Shown one piece after another: positions 26,284 through 38,810 of a stretch of 54,827 bases of DNA. The notes beneath the pieces are model-generated. The model ran no database searches and had not been told where the DNA came from. It saw nothing but the letters and a program-made list of their open reading frames with translations. The stretch's first letter is position 1; the number at the start of each line of letters is the position of its first letter. Source of the DNA: Octopus bimaculoides. Taxonomy: Eukaryota. The position numbers and the translations under genes were made by a program. The stretch is from assembly GCF_001194135.2 (NCBI RefSeq), contig NC_068982.1:138202910-138257736 (forward strand), written 5' to 3'.

Positions 26284-26445
26284 GACGGGCTTCTTTCAGT
26301 TTCCCTCTACCAAATCTGCTCACAAGGCTTTGGTCAGCCTGAGGCTTTAATAAAAGACACTTTCCCAAGGTGCCATGCTTGGGACTGAATGTGGAACCAT
26401 GTGGTTGGTAAACAAGCTTCTTACCACATGGCCACTCTTGCGCCT
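26110..26445 (-). mobile_element. Family-C tRNA-derived SINE
   Basis: Aligns to 16095-16446. Confidence 0.8.
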
Positions 26446-26515
26446 ATGTGTAATGTTTGGTAATAACAATATGTGCTTTGGGTAGATGCAGTTGCTTGTG
26501 TTTGTTTTGATGTTA

Positions 26516-26960
26516 CTATTGTATTGAGTACACTGTGCAAGATGTGTGCACTGACTAGCTGTGTTATTCTCTGTATGTTGTATGTATTAAGTCCTTGCCT
26601 ATGTATTTAAATACATGGTTTTCAATCATTCCCACAACATTATTATTATTTTTATTATAGAGATTGTTTTTTGCTTTCAGCCTCCACATTTGGCTTATCT
26701 CTGTTTCCACATCTTTATATTTGGAGTATTTTTTCATTTCATTGAAAGATATGTTATCTTCTGAGACTGATATGTCAGTTGAGAGGCATTTCCTTCCCAC
26801 ATCATCCTTGATGATAATATCACGTTCATGTTGATTATCATTTGATCTCCCTCTGCACATATGTATGTGTGTTGGGGCAGGAGTATACACCAGGGTATAG
26901 TTACTTTGTCATTCTCTTCGAAATTTTCTGCTGTGTGTCTATACCACCTTTGTACTTCAT
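26516..26960 (-). mobile_element. RLE-type (R4/NeSL-like) non-LTR retrotransposon 3' fragment
   Basis: Across frameshifts it reads RWYRHTAENFEENDKVTIPW..., ERDIIIKDDVGRKCLSTDISVSEDNISFNEMKKYSKYKDVETEISQMW, ...STAHILHSVL. This matches the PD-(D/E)xK restriction-like endonuclease end (RPDIV..D....K..KY.DL..EI..MW). Confidence 0.8.
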
Positions 26961-27351
26961 CATCATTTTAATATCTGCCTTCCTTGTTGGCGGGAGTTGG
27001 ACAGTTCAACAAGGATCCAACTAGCCAGAGTGTTGCTTCAATGTCTTTTTTGGCATTGTTTCTGTTGCTAGATGCCAACCACTTCAGAAACCACACCAGT
27101 TGCTTTTTTTTTTTTTAATGGCACTGGAAACTTGTGAGGTTACCAAGTAAATTACAAGACAAGCACCTTCACCCAAGTGGGGATGTAGTCTTGAGGGAAG
27201 AGATGACCTCTGATGATGGAAAACAACAATCAGATATTCACATTTAAATCTGAGTGTATTGAGAATGATTAGATATCTTTTTGTTTGGATTCTTGCTGTT
27301 TGGTGTGCATCCCATGAACTAAATTAAACCTTGTATCAAAATTTCATATTT

Positions 27352-27680
27352 AGGCGCAGGAGTGGCTGTTGGTAAGTAGCTTGCTTATCAACCACATGGT
27401 TGCGGGTTCAGTCCCACTGCGTGGCACCTTGGGCAAGTGTCTTCTACTATAGCCTCGGGCTGACCAAAGCCTTGTGAGTGGATTTGGTAGATGGAAACTG
27501 AAAGAAGCCTGTCGTGTGTGTTTGTCCCCCCCACCATCGCTTGACAACCAATGTTGGTGTGTTTACAGAGATGTAAACACACCAACATATGGTAAGTACT
27601 AGGCTTACAAAGAATAAGTTGTTTGACTAAAGGTGGTGCTCCAGCATAGTTGCAGTCAAATGACTGAAGCAAATAAAAGA
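27352..27680 (+). mobile_element. Family-C tRNA-derived SINE
   Basis: aggcgcaggagtggctgttggtaagtagc..gggttcagtcccactgcgtggcaccttgggcaagtgtcttc..., with the same tail as 16095-16446. Confidence 0.85.
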
Positions 27681-27701
27681 ATATTCCAAACTTAAACTTA
27701 A

Positions 27702-28277
27702 CTCTTTCATTACCAACCTGGCTGAAACTGGTTCTGGCTCTGAGTACAAATGTCTTGTTTTCATAAGTTTTGAATTAAAATTTTCCACCAAACCTTAGTC
27801 ACAATTTATGTTCCTAACGCTAGCTTAATGATAACTAAGTTATTTTACTAAATTCTTTCCATCATCATCATTTAACATCCACTTTCCATGTTAGCATGGG
27901 TTGGACGATTTGACTGGGGACTGGCGAACCAGATGGCTACACCAGGCTCCAATCTGATCTGGTAAAGTTTCTACAGCCGGATGCCCTTCCTAACGCCAAC
28001 CACATCGTGAGTGCAGTGGGTGCTTTTTACGTACCACCGCCAAGAGGGCCAGTCCAGCGGTGCTGGCAACAGCCACGCTCCAATGGTATTTTTTATGTGT
28101 CACCTGCACAGGAGTCAGTTCAATGTTTTGTTCACATGCCACCGGCACAAGTGCCAGTAAGGCAAAGCTGGAAATGATCGTACTCAAATGGTGCTTTTTA
28201 TGTGCCACCAGCACGGAAGCAAGACCTTTATGTTTAAAGTAATTGAAAGAAACACAGAGCATCTCAACAGAAATGGG
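27702..28277. mobile_element. piggyBac-like MITE interrupted by an RTE 3' end
   Basis: TTAA|ctctttcattaccaacc ... ggg|TTAA. Both halves align to 37113-37333. Confidence 0.75.
27859..28226 (-). mobile_element. RTE LINE 3'UTR copy nested in a piggyBac-like MITE
   Basis: Reverse-complement tail interrupts the MITE 27702-28277, and the MITE sequence resumes after it. Confidence 0.8.
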
Positions 28278-28581
28278 TTAAACAGTGACAAAATTACTTT
28301 ACTAAATTTGTCATTATTTTCAAAATTGATTCGAAGGCTTTGTATTTCAATGAAAGTATATTAAAAAGGTTAATTTCATAAACAGTGTCCATATCTTAAA
28401 ATAACCACGTTCTGATGGCAGAAGGGTTTAAATGATGCTCTCCACAAAAGTGGTTCTTCCAAGCCACATCATCATCATCGTTATTAGTAATTATGATTAT
28501 AATAATAAAGCATCTAGCTTACAGAATTGTTAGCAAGTTGGACAAAATGCTTAGCAGCAATTTTTTTGACTTTACAGTCAA

Positions 28582-29010
28582 CAAGTACCGTCCGAACGTG
28601 GCTGATGCCAGTACTCCCTGACTGGCTCTCGTACCGGTGGCATGCAAAAAGCACCATCCGAACATGGACGATGCCAGTACCCCCTGACTGGCTCTCATGC
28701 CAGTGGCATGTAAAAAGCACCATCTGAATGTGGCCGATGCCAGTACCCATTCACTGGCTCCTGTGCCAGTGGCATGTAAAAAGCACCATTCAAACGTGAT
28801 CGATACCAGGCCCGCCTGACTGGCCTTTGTGCCGGTGGCACGTAAAAGCACCCACTGCACTCTCAGAGTGGCTGGCGTTAGGAAGGGAATTCAGCTGTAG
28901 AAACCTTGCCAGATCAGATTGGAGCTTGGTGCAGCCGCTGGCTTTCCATTCCTCAGTCAAAGCATCCAACCCATGCTAGCATGGAAAGCGGACATTAAAC
29001 GATTATGATG
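28582..29010 (+). mobile_element. RTE LINE 3'UTR copy with 4-5 tandem units
   Basis: Repeated gatgccagtac..ctgactggctc..gtgccagtggcatgtaaaaagcaccat units, followed by the tail. Confidence 0.85.
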
Positions 29011-29974
29011 AGTTGAGTTTAAATCCCGCCTTGGTTAATTTTTACCTTTTATCCTTTTGGGATTGATAAAACAAGTACCAGTTAAGCACTGCGAGTTAAT
29101 GTAATTGCCTAGACTCACCCTCAAAATTTCAGGCCTTGTGCTTATAGTAGAAAGGATTATTATTAGTTTAATGTGGCAAGCTGGGTGGAATGCTTAGCAA
29201 CATTTTGTCCATCTTTATGTTCTGAGTTCAAATTCCATGAAAATCAACTCTGCCTTTCATCCTTTTGGGGTTGATAAAGTAAGTACTAGTTGAGTACGGG
29301 GTCAATATAGTCGATTTACTCCCTCCCCCAAAAGTGCAGGCCTTGTGTCAAAATTTGAAACCTTTTATTATTATTATTATTCCCATTTTATTCTGTTTAT
29401 ATCTTTCTGTTTAATTTGTTTCATTTGTTTTGTACATTGATAATTAATTTATTCAGCAGGATCTTTTTAATATGTCAGAAAAAAATTTCTCCAAAAATAA
29501 TTCTTCTCTGCGATAATGTTTCAAAACTGGAGGATAATGATGATGTTGTTGATTGATAATTATAGTGATTAGTTCCCTAATTGCCGCCAGTGCACTATAA
29601 TTAGAAAATATTCCAAAATCATAGATAATAGCACAAGGACATTCCGTACACAAACATGTAATTCAGACATTTATATTGCATTGAACATACTATCTTTCTC
29701 CCTGCTATGAACTCTTATGCCATATTTGTACTGATAATAATTGATCATCTATTTGTTGAGTATAATATTACAGAAGATAATAGACGCTGATAATTCAATA
29801 ACCACATCCATTCCATTCATCTGTGGCAGTGGTGTTGTTGGTGGTGATATATATTCTGTTAATAATAATAATGGTAGTTTTTTTTTATAAGCTTAAAGCT
29901 TATAGCGATCACTGCACAAATGACTAAGGAAAATAGACTAATAATGGGGCATATAAGCCCTCGACAGAAAAAAG

Positions 29975-30060
29975 TAAGCTTCCCCGTATGCATGGGTCTT
30001 GAACCCACATCCTTTTCTTAACGCAGCTGTTACCGATTACACCAGTGAACCAGCCTGCTC
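29975..30060 (-). pseudogene. tRNA-like or SINE-head remnant
   Basis: Minus strand has tggtgtaatcggt (A-box-like) and gggttcaagacc (B-box-like), but no complete cloverleaf. Confidence 0.3.
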
Positions 30061-31003
30061 CTTTCTGTCAAATTTAAGAACTATATTAGTTCGTAGTTGT
30101 TTTTTTATAAACAAACTTTGTGCTTTCAAAATATACATATACATATATATAAATATATCCTACCCATGCTAGTATGGAAGGCAGATGTTAAACTGATGAT
30201 GGTATGTGTTTGTGTGTGTGTGTATATATCTAAGTTAATGAAATTAATATGTTCCACTGTTATTCTGTATGTCTGTCAGAAACTTTGCGATGGAAGGAAG
30301 GTAAAATGGGTTTTACATAGGTAGTGGGTGCCTTTTACATGTCACTGGCACCACACTCTCTCTCTCTTTCTCCTGTGCTTCCCTCAGGTTGGGTAACCAT
30401 GTGTTATCTTTGCGGTAGCGTACCTGTTTCTGTCTTCATTCCTGATCTCCCTCTCTCTCTCCCTCTCTCTCTCTCTAGTCAGGTAACCTTGTACTTCCTC
30501 TACAAGACACCTGTTTCTGTCTCTCTATAACCTTTTGTCATCCAACACAAGATCACCTCCTCCAGTTCCCCCTCCCATCTTGAAAGTGTTTGTTTTTTTG
30601 TCTTGCAAGTTACTTGGTGACCCTGTCAGTGCAGGTGCCACTTAAAACCACCCAGTCCACACTGTAAAGTGGTTGGTGTTTGGAAGGGCATCCAGCTGTA
30701 AAAACCTCACCAAAACTGACCTTGCCTGTGCTTGAGCCACGCAAAAAGTACTAAGTCCATTCTGCTGAGTGATTGGTGTTAGGAAGGGCATCCAGCCATA
30801 AAAGCCCTGCCAAAACAGACACAGAAGTCTGGTGCAGGCTTCTGCCTTGCTGGCTCTTGTGGTACCATCCTACCCATGCTAGTATGGAAGGCAGATGTTG
30901 AACACTGATGATGATAATGTCCATAATGCCCCATAAATATATAGAAAAGTTCTTTGAACAAAATTACTTGTAATTCAATATATATATATGTGTGTATGTA
31001 CAT

Positions 31004-31440
31004 CATCATCATTGTTTAACGTCTGTTTTCTGTGCTGACATGGGTTGGACGGTTTGACTGGGGGACTGGCAAACCAGTAGGCCACACCAGGCTCCAATCT
31101 GATCTGGCAATGTTTCTACAGCTGGATGCCCTTCCTAATGCCAACCACTGCGAGTGTAGTGGATGCTTTTTATGCGCCACCGGCACGGGAGCCACTCTGG
31201 CGGCACTGGCATCGGCTACGTTCGGATGGTGTTTTTTATGTGCCACCAGCACAGGAACCAGTCAGGGCAGAGGGGCTAGAATTGACCATGTTCGGACAGT
31301 GCTTTTTACGTGCCATCAGCACGGAGAGCCAGTCAAGTAGCTCTGGCAGTGACCCACGCATGAATGAATGGTGCTTATCGTGTGCCACCAGCACTGGTAA
31401 CAGCCACAAATACAATTTCCATTTGATTTGAGTTTGATAC
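31004..31440 (-). mobile_element. RTE LINE 3'UTR copy, variant unit subfamily
   Basis: Tail plus variant units. Its 5' part is shared with 32660-32820. Confidence 0.8.
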
Positions 31441-31884
31441 ATATATAAAATTTTAATGAGTGATGACAGACATTGCCACGTGTCTTCACGTGTGTATATG
31501 TGTGTTGATATTTCCCACTATTGCTACTCTGAGTTTCTGTTGTAAAGTAATCTTCTATAGAAAGTATCTTTCAACTTAAATGTAATACATAATTATTAGT
31601 GACGGAAGTGCTATGAATACCGAATGGTAATCTTCATCTCCAACTTAACATGGAGGTTGTGTTGGAACATAGAATACTGCATTATTTACCTTGAGGGGGT
31701 CTCTCATATGGACTTATGGTGCATACAAGCACCCTTATCAATATTGTTGACAGACGAGAACTCTCTGCTATGGTCACCGAAACTGCCAGATCACATAATT
31801 TTACCCTGCTATGAGCTCTTCAGTGACAGATATCTAGCAGTGACAAAACAACCAAATCTCCTGTTGATGATATATTGAATATCA

Positions 31885-32158
31885 GTGTCCGGCATGCTAA
31901 TGTTTCTGCCAGCTCACCGCCTTAATAAAACAATTTATATTCTTTTCTACTGTTGGCACAAGGCCCAAAATTTTTGTGGTGGGGGGCCAGTCGATTAGAT
32001 CGACTCCAGTTTGCAACTGGTACTTAATCTATCGACTCTGAAAGGATGAAAAGCAAATTCAAACTTGGCGGAATTTGAACTCGGGACATAAAGACACGTG
32101 GAATACTGCTAAGCATTTCACCTGGCATGCTAATGTTTCTGCCAGCTCACTGCCTTAA
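31885..32158 (-). mobile_element. Family-B SINE copy
   Basis: Reverse complement of the family-B head and core; the head is partly duplicated. Confidence 0.75.
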
Positions 32159-32821
32159 CTTGGCCCACATATTAAAAAAAAAGACTGAGAACATCTGCTC
32201 TAACCTGTAGGTCATGCACCTCACACACAAACATGCACAGAGTAAGCAAAATGAAGCTGAAATAAGTTTGAAAGCAAAAGAAGAATTTATGCAAATTTTT
32301 CCATCTCTGAGCAATCAGTAATTCTAATTTAAAGATAAGGTTAATGACCAATCGCATATTGTACGTTAACTTATGAATATTTTAACTCCAGTGATTAAAG
32401 GTTTTTGGTATTTAATGAATATGGCAATAGTTACATTTTTCCCCTCTTTAAAAATTTTTTATTATTATTGAGTTAACATGTGTTCTCATTAGTCAGCTGT
32501 TAAAAATTCAGTTTGCAATATGTCACAGTGTATTTGTAAATGGCCTTAAGACAGAGCTTATATAATAATCAGAAAAAAAAGCTGTGTTGGTGTCATCACA
32601 ACATAAATTCTTGTGTTAAAATTTATCTCTGCCCCAAGAGGATATGTCACAATGGCTTCAACCATGTTTGAATGGTGCTTTTTACATGCCACCGGCACGG
32701 GGAGCCAGTCAGGAGGCACTGGCAATGACCCACGCATGCATGGTGCTTATTGCATGCCGCCAGCACAGGAACTAGTCACGCAACACTGGCATCAGCTACA
32801 ATTTACATTTAGTTTGATTTG

Positions 32822-32999
32822 ATATATATATATATCTGTATGTGTATGTGCATGTGTATATATCTATGTGTGTATATATGTATACATGTATATATATATA
32901 TGTGTGTATATATATGCATGTATATGTGTGTGTGTGTGTGTATGTATAGATGTTTATGTATATATATATATGTATATGTATGTATATATCTATGTGTGA

Positions 33000-33052
<53 letters not shown>
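32822..33052. repeat. Compound (TA)n/(TG)n microsatellite next to an N gap
   Basis: Direct inspection. Similar tracts at 1-70, 459-512, 4835-4889, 9538-9597, 33519-33620, 46720-46870 and 53689-53752. Confidence 0.95.
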
Positions 33053-33340
33053 NNNNNNNNNNNNNNNNNNNNNNNNNNNNNNNNNNNNNNNNNNNNNNNN
33101 NNNNNNNNNNNNNNNNNNNNNNNNNNNNNNNNNNNNNNNNNNNNNNNNNNNNNNNNNNNNNNNNNNNNNNNNNNNNNNNNNNNNNNNNNNNNNNNNNNNN
33201 NNNNNNNNNNNNNNNNNNNNNNNNNNNNNNNNNNNNNNNNNNNNNNNNNNNNNNNNNNNNNNNNNNNNNNNNNNNNNNNNNNNNNNNNNNNNNNNNNNNN
33301 NNNNNNNNNNNNNNNNNNNNNNNNNNNNNNNNNNNNNNNN

Positions 33341-33519
33341 CGTGCGGGTGACACATAAAAGCACCCACTACACTCTCGGAGTGGTTGGCGTTAGGAAGGG
33401 CATCCAGCTGTAGAAACTCTGCCAAATCAGATTGGTGCCTGGTGTAGCCATCTGGTTTCACCAGTCCTCAGTCAAATCGTCCAACCCATACTAGCATGGA
33501 ATGCGGACGTTAAATGATG

Positions 33520-33520
<1 letters not shown>
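33341..33520 (+). mobile_element. RTE LINE tail copy
   Basis: Conserved tail after an N gap. Confidence 0.8.
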
Positions 33521-33561
<41 letters not shown>

Positions 33562-34920
33562 ATATACGTGTGTGTCTATGTATGTATATACACACACACA
33601 CACACAAGTGTGTGTGTATATTACTCTCTCTTTGCCTTGACATTGCATATTAGTTGCAACCAAGCATCACAGTCGTATAAGCTGTGTCTTTTGTATTTAG
33701 TCTTCCTGAAAAACTTGTTTGGCTATGGGGTAATATTACTTTATTTCAAAACAAGTGTGGGTATGCACCAGGAAGAGCATCCAGCTGTAGAAAACTACGT
33801 CAGCAAATTTCATCCAACCTATGTGGGCATGGAAAAAGTGGATGTTAAATAGGAGAGTGAGTAGGAGGGCGGTTTGACTGCTATTTTTAGGAGTTAAAGT
33901 AACCATACAATGGCCCTCTTGTTGGCTTATAAACTTTTTTAGTGTGTTTATAACACACTAGATTCACTTAGGCCATTTAGAAAAAAAATATCTTTCAAGG
34001 TTTTTAGGTGAGCATTACTTTATCAATGATGCCTTAGTGCTTGAAATGGTGCCAACATGAGCATATTGGTAAAAGACTGAAAGACATTTAAAGAACTACC
34101 AATATTGACTCTGACAATATTCTTCTATATGAGAAACAGCAGGTGGTGGTCTGCAGAAATGGTTTCCTAGAGATCTTTGTTTATTTTATTTTATTTATTT
34201 ATTTTTTGACATTCTGGAATTTGGTCTTCCATTGTTTTCTTCTGCCTTTCTTCACTGCATTTACCATTATCTGACTTTGCTATTTAGAAATGATCTGCTC
34301 TTAGTAAGTTAGCCTAATCATTTGTTTTATATGTGTGTGTGATTTTGTATTGGTTTTGGATGGAAAATGAAGGAATTTTATTCATTTAATGTTGAATCTT
34401 ATAATGTTAAAAACATGGTAGTAATTCTTAAAATAGAAATAACAATTATTACTTTCTTTACAGCATTGATAATATGGCTCTAACAAGTTACCATCATCAT
34501 TGTTTTAATGTTCACTTTTCCATGCTTGTGTGGGTAAGCTGGGATTCATTGTGGCAAATTTTGTGTGGCTGGATGCTCTTCCGGTTACTAATCATCACTA
34601 ATTTCCAAGCAAATACTTCCCTGTAGTTGGACATATTTTCATAGAAGATTGGAGACCAGGGACACTGCTTATATGACAGTGACTCTCATTTACAACTTTT
34701 GCATGATGTTAAAACAAGGAGACACTCACACACATACATGTGTATACACATATAAATGATGGGCTTCTTCTGTTTCTGTCTATCAAATTCCACTCTCAAA
34801 GCTCTGGTTGGCCCAAGGCTACAGTAGAGGAAATTAGCCCAAGGTGCCATACAGTAGGATGGAACCCAAAACCATATGACTGGGAACTTCTTAATCACAC
34901 AGCCATGACTATGCTTTTCA

Positions 34921-35270
34921 TCATCATTTAACGTCTGTTGTCCATGCTGGCATGGGTTGGATGGTTTGACCGGGCTGGCGTGGTGGAAGGCTGCACCAGA
35001 CTCCAGTCTGATTTGGCATGGTTTCTACATCTGGATGCCATTCCTAATGCCAACCACTCTGAGAGTGTAATGGGTGCTTTTACGTGCCACCAGCACAGGT
35101 GCCATTTGTACGACACCAATATCAGCCACAACTGTGATTTTGCTTGGCTTGATGGGTCTTCTTCTCAAGCATGACATAATGTCAAAGATCTCAGTCATTG
35201 CCTCTGTGAGGCCCAACACTTGAAAGGAACTCAGCCACTTAGCCTCCATGAGGCCCAACACATGAAAGGA
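34921..35270 (-). mobile_element. RTE LINE 3' end, short-UTR subfamily
   Basis: Minus strand reads VLGLTEAMTE.. followed by a single UTR unit and the conserved tail (gtggttggcattagg...catccag...ccaacccatgccagcatgg..gttaaatgatgatg). Contains a small local duplication of gaggcccaacac..gaaagga. Confidence 0.75.
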
Positions 35271-36198
35271 GCTTTTGTTTAATTCAGCATTCACAAGGAA
35301 ACAATCTACTGGAAGGTGTGTTCTTGTAGTAATTACAGTATTAGTTCTCTGTTATCATTAATCGACCAGGCACATGTAAACTCAAGCCAGATTTTGTTAC
35401 CTTCTTCCCTAAGTCGAGGAATTTGTGGTCCCTTATCAAACAACATCCCCTACAGTTTTCTTCAGATGTACAGGGATTTACATTATTGTGGTTTATGTAA
35501 TTTTTGAAAACATCAAAGAATGTTATTCATGAAGCATAAAGAATATGCGGTCATGGTCATGCTGGAGCGCTTACAAAGAATAAGTCATGGGGTTGATTTC
35601 TTTGACAATACCCCGATTTTTAGACTAGGTACATCATATTTCTGTGTCATAAGTGGTAACTAAAAAGGGTGTCAATATGAAAGTGATTGGGGTCATAAAA
35701 ACACTGCCTCAAGAAGTCTCATCCAGTCCCTGACAGCATAGAAAAGTGGATGTAAGAACAAAGATGATGGTGTTGATGTTGATGATGTCTACCAATAATT
35801 TGTTTCTTTTTTCTTTCTTTTCCAGTAATTTCTTGATGTGAAATAGTCCGATCATTGGCAAGGTGTTTGTTTTTTTTTTTTTGTCCTCCTCCCTCCATTT
35901 TGAGACCCTCCACTGAGCTAGTGTGAGGGTTATGGCTTTTCAGTATCACCGTGAACACCTTTATGATAGTGCCAGTAGTGACACGGAGGATTACTCGGAA
36001 TCTGAAGACAGAAAGAAAGCTTGCATTAAGCGTACAAGGTGAGAAATCCAAAGTTTTGCACAAATTCAGTTTTTCTATCTTCTTTCTATTTGTGAAAAGA
36101 GAACAAAGAAAGCCCTAAACCCCTTCACCTTTAATTTTAATTTTTCAAACCCCCTATCATAGGTGCAGGCATGGCTGTGTGGTAAGAAGTTTGCTTCC

Positions 36199-36400
36199 GG
36201 CGAACTGGCAGAAACATTAGCACACCAGGCGAAACGCTTAGTGGTATTTCGTCTGCCGTTAGGTTCTGAGTTCAAATTCCGCCGAGGTCGACTTTGCCTT
36301 TCATCCTTTCGGGGTCGATTTAAGTACACACTGGGGTCAATATAATCAACTTAATCCGTTTGTCTGTCCTTGTTTGTCCCCTCTGTGGGCAGTAAAGAAA
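36199..36400 (+). mobile_element. Family-B SINE nested in the head of a family-C SINE
   Basis: 16-bp TSD taagaagtttgcttcc / taagatgtttgcttcc. The host SINE-C resumes at ccaaccacatggtt. Confidence 0.85.
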
Positions 36401-36530
36401 TAAGATGTTTGCTTCCCAACCACATGGTTCTGGGTTCAGTCCCACTACATGGCACCTTGGGTTCCTACTATAGCCAACTAAAGCCTCGTGAGTGGATTTG
36501 GTAGACGGAAGCTGAAAGCAGCCTGTCGTG

Positions 36531-36565
<35 letters not shown>

Positions 36566-36585
36566 ATCTGTGTTTTGTGTATGTG

Positions 36586-36797
36586 GCAGATACTGGTGTC
36601 ACGCAAATGGCACCTCTGCTGGTGGCATGTAAAAGTACCCATTACACTCTCCGAGTGGTTGGCATTAGGAAGGGCCTCCAACCATAGAAAACCCTATCAA
36701 TTCAGACTGGAGTCTGGTGCAGCCTTCCAGCTGACCAGCTCTGGTCAAACTCTCCAACCCATGTCAGCATGGACAATGGACGTTAAATGATGATGAT
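36586..36797 (+). mobile_element. RTE LINE tail copy nested in a SINE
   Basis: Tail inserted in the microsatellite of a family-C SINE. Confidence 0.75.
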
Positions 36798-36948
36798 GTT
36801 TATCTCCTTCCATTGCTTGACAAATGGTGTTGGTGTGTTCGGCAAAAACAAAAAAAAACCTGACAGAATGAGTATCAGGCTTTTTAAAAAAACGGGTTAG
36901 TTTATTCAATTAAAAATTCTTCAAGATGATTACTGTCTAATGACTTAT

Positions 36949-37094
36949 CCCTTTTGTTACCAACCCAGCTGAAACCAGTTCTGGCTCTGAATACAACATT
37001 ATGATAACTGAGTTATTTTACAAAATTCTTTGTTATATTTAAAGAAGTTGAAAGAAATACAGAACATCTCAAAATAAATACAGTAATGAAAGGG
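36949..37094. mobile_element. piggyBac-like MITE, internally deleted copy
   Basis: ccttttgttaccaaccc ... gtaatgaaaggg|TTAA, aligning with 37113-37333. Confidence 0.75.
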
Positions 37095-37112
37095 TTAAAG
37101 AGTGGAGATTAA

Positions 37113-37333
37113 CCCTTTCGTTACTAACCTAGCTGAAATTGGTTCTGGCTCTGTAGTACAAATGTCTTATTTTCATAAGTCTTGAATTAAAATCTTCCAC
37201 CAAACCTTAGTCACAATTTATGTTCCTAACACTAGCTGAATGATAACCGAGTTATTTTATTAAATTCTTTGTTATATTTAAAGTAACTGAAAGAAACACA
37301 GAACATCTCAAAATAAAAACAGTCATGAAAAGG
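37113..37333. mobile_element. piggyBac-like MITE
   Basis: TTAA|ccctttcgttact ... agtcatgaaaagg|TTAA. Related copies at 36949-37094 (internal deletion) and 27702-28277 (RTE insertion). Confidence 0.8.
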
Positions 37334-37802
37334 TTAAAGCAAGAAAAATGATAGATCTATTCACTTTAAACTTAAACAATTACCCCACTGAAAAAATTAT
37401 TAAATGAAATAAATAATTGGCTAACTAATCAGTTGTTTGATTAATTGTTTGGTCAATCAATCAGCTGAGTTTGTCAAAGTCCTTTCATCACCATTCTTGA
37501 TCTCTTGAGTTATATTCCTTCTCTACTCCATGAGGCTTCGGCCGGTGGGGGGGACCCTGCTGTACTCTTTCGCCACAAATTTCTCTCACTCTTTGTTCCT
37601 GTTTCTGCTGCACCTGTATTTCAAAGGGCCAGCCTTGTCACACTCTGTGTCAAGCTGAATATCCCCGAGAACTACGTAAGAGTACACATGTCTGTGGAGT
37701 GCTCAGCCAATTGCACGTTAATTTCACGAGCAGGCTGTTCTGTTGATCAGATCAACTGGAACCTTCGTCGTCATAACTGACGGAGTGCCCCTCTGATAAT
37801 TA

Positions 37803-38102
37803 TCATTATTCAGGTCACTGCCTGGAATCAAACTCGGAATCTTGGGGTTAATAGCCTGCGCTCTTAACCACTATGTCATATGCTTGGCAGTGACCTGAAT
37901 AATAATAATAATAATAATAATAACATTGAAAAATACCTTAGGAATGAGAACCCAGGTTCAAAATTTCACCAAGACGCTTGATGAAGGCTGGAGGGTATAT
38001 CAGCCGAAACATTGTGTTAACGGCAAACAAGATGAGGACAAATATCCGTCAAATGTAAATAATATACATAATTCCTCATCTCTTAAATAAATATAGAACT
38101 GT
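37803..38102. mobile_element. Second family-G SINE with inverted head and hammerhead-like tail
   Basis: The head is inverted (minus) and the tail is on +, with attattcaggtcactgcc / ggcagtgacctgaataat duplicated as an inverted repeat. Motif 37973-38018 reads GACGC-TTGATGA-A-GGCTG..CAGCC-GAA-ACAT-T-GTGTT (C3-to-U change and CpG decay). Confidence 0.8.
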
Positions 38103-38810
38103 TTTATCTAATCGATTAGTTAATTATTTAAATAGTTAACAATTGACAAATAAAAATAAATGAGTGAAATGGAATCAGATGATGTGTTTATTATTGATAC
38201 GATGACCCTCCAGTCCACATCAAAAATCCTGCAGACCAAATGCTAAAACAAAATAGACAAACAGGATGTGTGACATAATTAGATAACTCATTAATCTGCT
38301 AAGTTAGTTTAATGTTAATCTATCTTTGCTTTGTTTGCATTAATTAGTTTTTACATTTAATAGTTTGTCTTCACTTGTGCAGTTCTCTGTTTTTGTAACA
38401 GATTTTTAGCCAGTTTCAGTATTTTTGTTGTTCTTCTTGTAACCACCTGAGTCGGAGGAGATTCTGACGACTGCTGTGGTTTAATGTCCTTACATTTGAT
38501 CACCTGTCTTCCTTCACCATAGGCAGATGCAGTGGGTATAAATGAGTAGCAAAGTAGGATGTGATTGTGTGACATACATGCCTTTCTCAACACATTAATA
38601 GTGTCATTAAAATATCAACAGGCAATATTAACTATATCGTTTTCACTTTAGGGTATTTTGCCCCTCTTTGCTTTGCAATATATTAATAAACAATAATTTG
38701 TGTGTTATCCTTGCAATAATTCATGCTAAACTCCTTATGCAATATATGGCTATAGAGTACTTTGCTGGATCTCTTAGAAATATTTATAAGACTGTATAGT
38801 TTTATACATA

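Noticed and set aside
28582-28860. Regularly spaced ~60-bp palindromic repeats resembling a CRISPR array
   Set aside because: The units are degenerate tandem copies without unique spacers, belong to the RTE 3'UTR, and there are no cas genes in this eukaryotic DNA.
29440-29860. Unique AT-rich stretch with hydrophobic partial translations (also 22850-23400, 31520-31870)
   Set aside because: Stops in all frames and no recognisable motif or convincing splice pair; cannot be supported as coding.
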